Assembly (NCBI GenBank): GCA_965216465.1
Contig: CBDCFW010000006.1
Location: 320,001 to 384,000 of the forward strand
DNA length: 64,000 nucleotides
Direction of reading: 5' to 3'
Source: Bacteroidia bacterium
GTDB taxonomy: Bacteria; Bacteroidota; Bacteroidia; NS11-12g; UBA9320
In this document: in pieces, positions 59,269 through 64,000 of the stretch
Numbering within the stretch: position 1 is the stretch's first letter
Layout: each line of letters starts with the position of its first letter
Notes under the pieces: model-generated
Told to the model about the DNA's origin: nothing
The model's input: only the letters and a program-made list of their open reading frames with translations
Database searches by the model: none
Translations under genes and position numbers: made by a program

Positions 59269-61647
59269 TCACTCCTTAACCCACCTTCCTCTATACACCC
59301 CATTATCGTTACGTATTTCCACTATGTATATACCTGAATCAAGTCCTTGAACATTTATGGAATTTGAAAAGAGCTGTTTAGTCATAACCAAAGCTCCTTG
59401 TAAGTTATAAATGCGTAATTCTCCCTGATGGATATCGCCTACTTTGATAAAGTCAATACCAGGATTAGGATATAGTTTAAGATTTTGGGGTGTTTGCTCA
59501 ATTCCAGCACCACTTATCACCGTGATGGTTATTTCTGCACTAGAGGAACATCCAAATTTATCTAATACGGTTACCGAGTATGTATAATCTCCATGTGTAA
59601 AGTCTTGTCCAACAATGTTCAAGGTATCAAAGCTATCTTGTGTATTCCAAGCATAGTTTACAAATCCTTCTCCTGGGGAGAGTTTGGCTGAGCTGTCTCT
59701 AGGAAGTTTGAAATCCCCGCCTAAACTTATGTCTTGAGGTGTATGCACATGAATGGTTGCGGTATCCGAATAGAAAGCATCCCCACATTGATTATACCAA
59801 TAAACACGATACCTGTCTCCACTATCAGAATCCTGCAAACTTGAGAAAGGAAATTTTGAAGTGTTATTCGAAGCACTTAAAAAGGCTGAACCGTTGTCAC
59901 TCTTTTCCCAAAGACTTGTTAGATTTACCCCTCTAGCAATACCGGTTAATGTATCACTCAATGCTTCGCATAATTCAATATCCGCTGGCATCTCTTCAAC
60001 GTCTATTCGATCAGCCAAAGCTTGTACTTCAAAAGGCCCTATATCAGATGTATCATCCCATATTCTTTCGTATCCGTTAAGATCACTTAGCTTACTAAGA
60101 ATGTCTGCATGAACACTTCCTTTGTAGTATATTGGAATAGGCTGTGCGTAACCTTTATTAAAACCGTATGGCCGTCTTGAGCATGTTTGAGTAAGCGTGA
60201 AATCACCATTTGCCGTATCTTTAAATTTTGGATAATCTTCTAAGCAGTCTTGGTATACCCCGGAAAATGTAAAAGTAGAATCAAATCGGTCTTGGATGGT
60301 GCTTGTTCCTCCGCCGAGTATACAATTGTAAAATTCACTTGGCACTTTATTTCCTTCATCAATAGATAAATTAACAACATCCCCGTAATAGTTTCTATTG
60401 TTCCAAAATATGCAGTTGTAAAACTTAAAATGGGCGTTATCTACATATTCTGCAGCGCTTGAGTTTCTTGGGTAGGTAGTATTATCTGTAGGACTTTTCC
60501 ACTTTCTGTAATTGTTTACAAAGGCACAGTTTATCATCGTTACATCTTCAGTCGTCGTAATCCCTATTGAATTTCTTGTAAACAGACAATTAATTATTCT
60601 TGCATGACTTACATCGCGAATAAGCCCTATTGCTCTTCTATTATTTATGAATTTACAATTGTATATCATTGATGCCGATGCCTCCTTCCCCCCAATACAC
60701 CCTGCAGTAGTCGTACTGTTCTTAAATGTACAATTCTGAATCACGCCTTTAGTGCAATTCCTAGTAAACGACACATCACCAGCAAATATTGATTCTCCAA
60801 AGGTTCCGTCGAATGTACAGTTATCAACCACTCCTGTAAAATCAAACAAGCGAAGAGTGGTGAACTCATTATTTTTGAAATAACAAGATGTAATATTCGC
60901 AAGTTTTGATAAACCTATGGCATCGGAATAAATGTCTTGAAAAAAACAATTTTCGATGTTGAATTCTTCTCCATTAGTAACTTCACCAACAGATATGCCT
61001 GAATAGCAATTTATAAATGTGCAATCAGAAACTTTGAAATTTCCTCGTAGTAAAATTCCAGATGTCAAGTTTTTTGAAATGGAATAGGACCCAAACGGTT
61101 GATTGTCAAAAAACTTACAATCTGACATCCAGCAATCACCGTCTCTGACATCCACTCCACTATTCACTCTTCTAAACGTACTGTTCTTAATTCTAAGTGG
61201 TGAAGAAGCCATGCTTTGTATTCCAACAGAGCGAATAGAAGAGTTAAAACCCGGTTGTTTTAGCCAGGTGAATTGTCTATTTGATGAATGGGTATACTCA
61301 ACTAGGCAATAATCGAAAGAATTAGTATCGCTATCTGGATTGTTAACAATAACAACTCCACCCCAACCAACTAATGAGTCAGAACATGTAAGCATAATTT
61401 TGTCGCTTGAAGTCCCAATACATTTGATGTTTCCTCTTACTATCAGTTTTACCGTATCTGCGAAGTCCATAGTCACACCAGCTTCAACTATTAATAAACT
61501 GTCTGCTGGCACAGTTACATTGTCAGAAACATAATATGGGCTACTGGCCTTGGACAGTGTTCCTGAGAGTGTACCTCCAGAAATTGTAGTCTGTGCAAAG
61601 TTTAAAAGTGGTGTTAAGAGTAAAAATAGTAAATAGAAGTTTTTCAT
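59269..61647 (-). CDS. T9SS type A sorting-domain protein with right-handed beta-helix repeats
   Basis: Signal peptide at 61647; SPY.V, WGG, repeated (I/V).NC.F..N, DIGPFE; CTD LYPNP..IYNLQG..GIYIV. Confidence 0.85.
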   Translation of the reverse strand: MKNFYLLFLLLTPLLNFAQTTISGGTLSGTLSKASSPYYVSDNVTVPADSLLIVEAGVTMDFADTVKLIVRGNIKCIGTSSDKIMLTCSDSLVGWGGVVIVNNPDSDTNSFDYCLVEYTHSSNRQFTWLKQPGFNSSIRSVGIQSMASSPLRIKNSTFRRVNSGVDVRDGDCWMSDCKFFDNQPFGSYSISKNLTSGILLRGNFKVSDCTFINCYSGISVGEVTNGEEFNIENCFFQDIYSDAIGLSKLANITSCYFKNNEFTTLRLFDFTGVVDNCTFDGTFGESIFAGDVSFTRNCTKGVIQNCTFKNSTTTAGCIGGKEASASMIYNCKFINNRRAIGLIRDVSHARIINCLFTRNSIGITTTEDVTMINCAFVNNYRKWKSPTDNTTYPRNSSAAEYVDNAHFKFYNCIFWNNRNYYGDVVNLSIDEGNKVPSEFYNCILGGGTSTIQDRFDSTFTFSGVYQDCLEDYPKFKDTANGDFTLTQTCSRRPYGFNKGYAQPIPIYYKGSVHADILSKLSDLNGYERIWDDTSDIGPFEVQALADRIDVEEMPADIELCEALSDTLTGIARGVNLTSLWEKSDNGSAFLSASNNTSKFPFSSLQDSDSGDRYRVYWYNQCGDAFYSDTATIHVHTPQDISLGGDFKLPRDSSAKLSPGEGFVNYAWNTQDSFDTLNIVGQDFTHGDYTYSVTVLDKFGCSSSAEITITVISGAGIEQTPQNLKLYPNPGIDFIKVGDIHQGELRIYNLQGALVMTKQLFSNSINVQGLDSGIYIVEIRNDNGVYRGRWVKE

Positions 61648-61764
61648 ACGTCGAATATAATTATTTAACAATGTTAGAATTAAGTTCGAAGAAAAAATCA
61701 TCTTAATGTCTAGGTTGTGAGTTAGGAGAATGACCAGAAAAATTTTTAGAAATAATCCCCACAA

Positions 61765-61823
61765 ACTTTAGCTCCATCAACGTCTTCTTTGGAGTGGCTA
61801 GTGCGTGGCAAGGGACGTTGATG
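61765..61823. repeat. Palindromic repeat, left module copy 1
   Basis: 61765-61810 is 44/46 identical to 62363-62408 and closes its own stem CATCAACGTC...GACGTTGATG. Confidence 0.9.
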
Positions 61824-61980
61824 ACAATCTAAAAAATGATCTGTAGTTTGTGATAAGATGATTTGCCTTTTTTCGTTGATAGAAAGAGGCACTAGAATGT
61901 TAGTATGTTGTGTAGTCATCATGAGCGGGTTAAAGTGACAATGATGTACCTCTATTTATCTTCATAAAACTTGTGGGTAC

Positions 61981-62034
61981 CAAATGTCAAAATTAATCCT
62001 CAACGTACTCTACGAGAGACGTTGTGGCAGAGTA
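61981..62034. repeat. Palindromic repeat, right module copy 1
   Basis: AAATTAATCCTCAACGTACTCTACGAGAGACGTTGTGG matches the right halves of copies 2 and 3. Confidence 0.85.
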
Positions 62035-62058
62035 AACATTGTTCTAACTCACGAATAC

Positions 62059-62349
62059 TTAATCGTGTTGCTCGTAAAACTCTAATACAGTATTTTCTCT
62101 TTCTAATTTCTCAGCCAGTACCCTTGCCTCTTGCTCATCTTTGTAATTGCATAAAATAGCTAGTACAGATTTACTTAAATCTTTTTTGTCCAAATAGCTT
62201 ACTTCATTAACTTCAAATCTTACGTTATCTAAATGAAAAATTTGGCCAACCATAATCTCACCATCTAAAATGTCTAGGCCAATAACTAGTTTTTGTCTAG
62301 ACGGCAGGTAAAATGAATCAACTACTTTGGCTTCAGCTGTTCTGACCAT
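62059..62349 (-). CDS. Hypothetical 96-aa protein between repeats
   Basis: ORF with TATATTTG box ending 4 nt before ATG. Confidence 0.6.
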   Translation of the reverse strand: MVRTAEAKVVDSFYLPSRQKLVIGLDILDGEIMVGQIFHLDNVRFEVNEVSYLDKKDLSKSVLAILCNYKDEQEARVLAEKLERENTVLEFYEQHD

Positions 62350-62362
62350 ATATCAAATATAT

Positions 62363-62464
62363 ACTTTAGCTCCATCAACGTCTCCTTTGGAGTGGATAGT
62401 GCGTGGCACATGCCAAAATTAGAACTTTATCCTCAACACCCTCTCCGAGAGACGTTGAGGGAGT
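62363..62464. repeat. Full ~100-bp palindromic repeat, copy 2
   Basis: Terminal inverted arms CTCCATCAACGTCTC ... GAGACGTTGAGGGAG (14/15). Confidence 0.9.
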
Positions 62465-62607
62465 ATTATTTTATCTGTCTAATGTATAAAATTTAAGTGT
62501 TGAGGTCATCCTACTGTTTGATTGTATTTCAGTTTTACGCTTTCATAAACCAAATTATGTCTTGCAGTTTGGAGCTTTTACCTAAATTTGGAAATGACAA
62601 ACTTTTT

Positions 62608-62808
62608 ATGATTATTGGCCAACTAATAGTACAAATTTTAAATTTTTCCATAATTGCTTTGCCGATTATCCTAGTTACTATATTTGTTAGAAAACCTAAG
62701 CAGAAGTTAGGTTTTTATGTTACTTATTCTATACTAACATTAATTGCAATGTGGGTGATGTACTATTTTAGTATCGCTCTTGAATTTGCTGACGGAATGG
62801 GACCTTAG
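62608..62808 (+). CDS. Small 2-TM hypothetical protein between repeats
   Basis: MIIGQLIVQ... 66 aa; TAAATTTG at 62583-62590; ORF track extends it to 62497. Confidence 0.5.
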   Translation: MIIGQLIVQILNFSIIALPIILVTIFVRKPKQKLGFYVTYSILTLIAMWVMYYFSIALEFADGMGP

Positions 62809-62810
62809 TA

Positions 62811-62915
62811 ATTTCAACTTCATCAACTTCTCCTTTTGCTTGTCCGGTGTGTAGCCAAGTGTCAATATTAGAAATTAATCCTCAACGTCCTATTCGAGAG
62901 ACGTTGAGGGGAGTA
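62811..62915. repeat. Full palindromic repeat, copy 3 (left half degenerate)
   Basis: Left 46 nt are 31/46 ungapped identical to copy 2; right half AAATTAATCCTCAACGTCC..CGAGAGACGTTGAGGG. Confidence 0.85.
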
Positions 62916-62919
62916 ATGT

Positions 62920-63029
62920 AAAATCAACCCACAAAAAAGGCCCCTCCAAACAGAGGGGCCTTATGAAAATCTGCGGTCTGGACGGGACTCGAACCCGTCC
63001 CCAAAGCCTTGGGGATGACAGGCAGGTAT
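62920..63029 (-). pseudogene. Tandem partial duplicate of the tRNA-Asp 3' part plus terminator, with hairpin substitution
   Basis: AAAATCAACCCACAAAAAA recurs at 62920 and 63034; tRNA 5' part absent; 12 tRNA nt replaced by TCCCCAA-AGCC-TTGGGGA. Confidence 0.85.
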
Positions 63030-63046
63030 CTCCAAAATCAACCCAC

Positions 63047-63074
63047 AAAAAAAGCCACTTCAAACGAAGAGGCC
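63047..63074 (-). terminator. Intrinsic terminator after tRNA-Asp
   Basis: Minus strand GGCCTCTTC-GTTT-GAAGTGGC-TTTTTTT. Confidence 0.8.
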
Positions 63075-63088
63075 TTTATGAAAATCTG

Positions 63089-63162
63089 CGGTCTGGACGG
63101 GACTCGAACCCGCGACCCCCTGCGTGACAGGCAGGTATTCTAACCAACTGAACTACCAGACC
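63089..63162 (-). tRNA. tRNA-Asp (GTC)
   Basis: GGTCTGGTAGTTCAGTTGGTTAGAATACCTGCCTGTCACGCAGGGGGTCGCGGGTTCGAGTCCCGTCCAGACCG; promoter box TATATTTG at 63180-63187 (minus). Confidence 0.97.
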
Positions 63163-63225
63163 TTGGTTTTTCAGGAGTGCAAATATAAACTCTCCTCAAT
63201 TATTACAAATTAATTTTTTATTTTT

Positions 63226-63807
63226 TTACGATTTCTTCGTAACTAGCTCAACCTCACCTTCTCGCAACGCATATCGCTCCCCACTAGCACCGCATTTAGC
63301 CATCCCATCTTCATCAAACTCCAATCGCTCTCCGTGTCTGCTCATCCACCCCATCTGTCTGCTCGGATTTCCTACCATCAACCCATACGCCGGAACATCC
63401 TTCGTTACCACACATCCAGCTCCAATAAAACTGTATTCTCCCAACGTAATTCCACATACTATCGTTGCGTTTGCACCTATCGTAGCTCCCTTTTTAACCA
63501 AGGTATCCCTAAACTCATCCTTCCGCGACACTGCACTCCGTGGATTTATCACATTCGTAAACACTGCACTTGGACCAATAAACACATCATCCTCACAAAC
63601 AACCCCAGTATATATGCTCACATTGTTCTGAACCTTAACACCTTTGCCTAAGGTAACACCCGGACTCACAACAACATTCTGGCCAATATTGCAATCTTCA
63701 CCGATCACAGCCGACTTCATGATATGACTGAAATGCCAAATCTTGGTGCCTTTTCCAATAACACACCCTTCATCAATTTCTGCGGTATGGTGAGCAAAGT
63801 AATCCAT
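63226..63807 (-). CDS. WbpD/WlbB-like hexapeptide N-acetyltransferase (polysaccharide biosynthesis)
   Basis: TKIWHFSHI, KVQNNVSIY, FTNVINPRS, IGANATIVCG, VGNP. Confidence 0.88.
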   Translation of the reverse strand: MDYFAHHTAEIDEGCVIGKGTKIWHFSHIMKSAVIGEDCNIGQNVVVSPGVTLGKGVKVQNNVSIYTGVVCEDDVFIGPSAVFTNVINPRSAVSRKDEFRDTLVKKGATIGANATIVCGITLGEYSFIGAGCVVTKDVPAYGLMVGNPSRQMGWMSRHGERLEFDEDGMAKCGASGERYALREGEVELVTKKS

Positions 63808-64000
63808 TAAAATTCGCGTGGATATGCGTACTTATACAAATCCTCTTCAGGTAAATTCTTGAAATAATTGTAAGTAATCTTCAAGCCTTCTGCTCGATCA
63901 ACCTGTGGCTCCCAATCTAAAATTGCTTTGGCACGTGAGATATCCGGTTGACGTTGTTTCGGATCATCTTTTGGTAAATCTTTAAACACAATCTGCTGAT
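63807..64000 (-). CDS. UDP-glucuronate decarboxylase family SDR, C-terminal end (5' end outside window)
   Basis: [36 protein letters not shown]. Confidence 0.8.
   Translation of the reverse strand, partial: QQIVFKDLPKDDPKQRQPDISRAKAILDWEPQVDRAEGLKITYNYFKNLPEEDLYKYAYPREF

Noticed and set aside
61765-62915. CRISPR array
   Set aside because: Repeats are ~100 bp and degenerate, spacers are 150-350 bp and contain ORFs, and there are no cas genes
62974-63029. attL/attR of a prophage or ICE at tRNA-Asp
   Set aside because: The duplicate lies immediately next to the tRNA with no cargo between, and no integrase is in the window
357-63651. Numerous 60-120 aa antisense or alternate-frame ORFs in the track
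   Set aside because: They are nested in well-supported genes and have no motifs or promoter boxes

Overview
This is a compact, AT-rich chromosomal window from a Bacteroidota bacterium, judged from TAnnTT(T/C)G promoter boxes, T9SS C-terminal domains and the porG-like/uppS/bamA locus. 1-27 kb is mostly housekeeping: dxs 3' end, Fe-S oxidoreductase pair, tRNA-Phe, ridA, bamA, uppS, acyl-CoA dehydrogenase, folK and accA. 27-44 kb is accessory: T9SS cargo proteins, an extended LpxR-like barrel, many small hypothetical or orphan immunity-like genes (including an unannotated ATT-start barstar), and an NrtR/SPFH/NAD-kinase-like trio with clear palindromic operators. 44.4-59.1 kb holds the most striking locus. 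An effector-less, membrane-anchored nSTAND1 NTPase-coiled coil-WD40 gene sits head-to-head with a GAF adenylate cyclase. They are followed by three paralogous A-B pairs of beta-propeller lipoproteins and two TPR-plus-outer-membrane-barrel paralogs, a candidate trans-envelope signalling system. 61.7-63.2 kb has palindromic ~100-bp repeats separating small genes (attC- or MITE-like, no integrase in view), a decayed tandem tRNA-Asp copy carrying a hairpin substitution, and intact tRNA-Asp. The window ends in polysaccharide biosynthesis genes. All calls come from motif recognition by eye; no searches were run.
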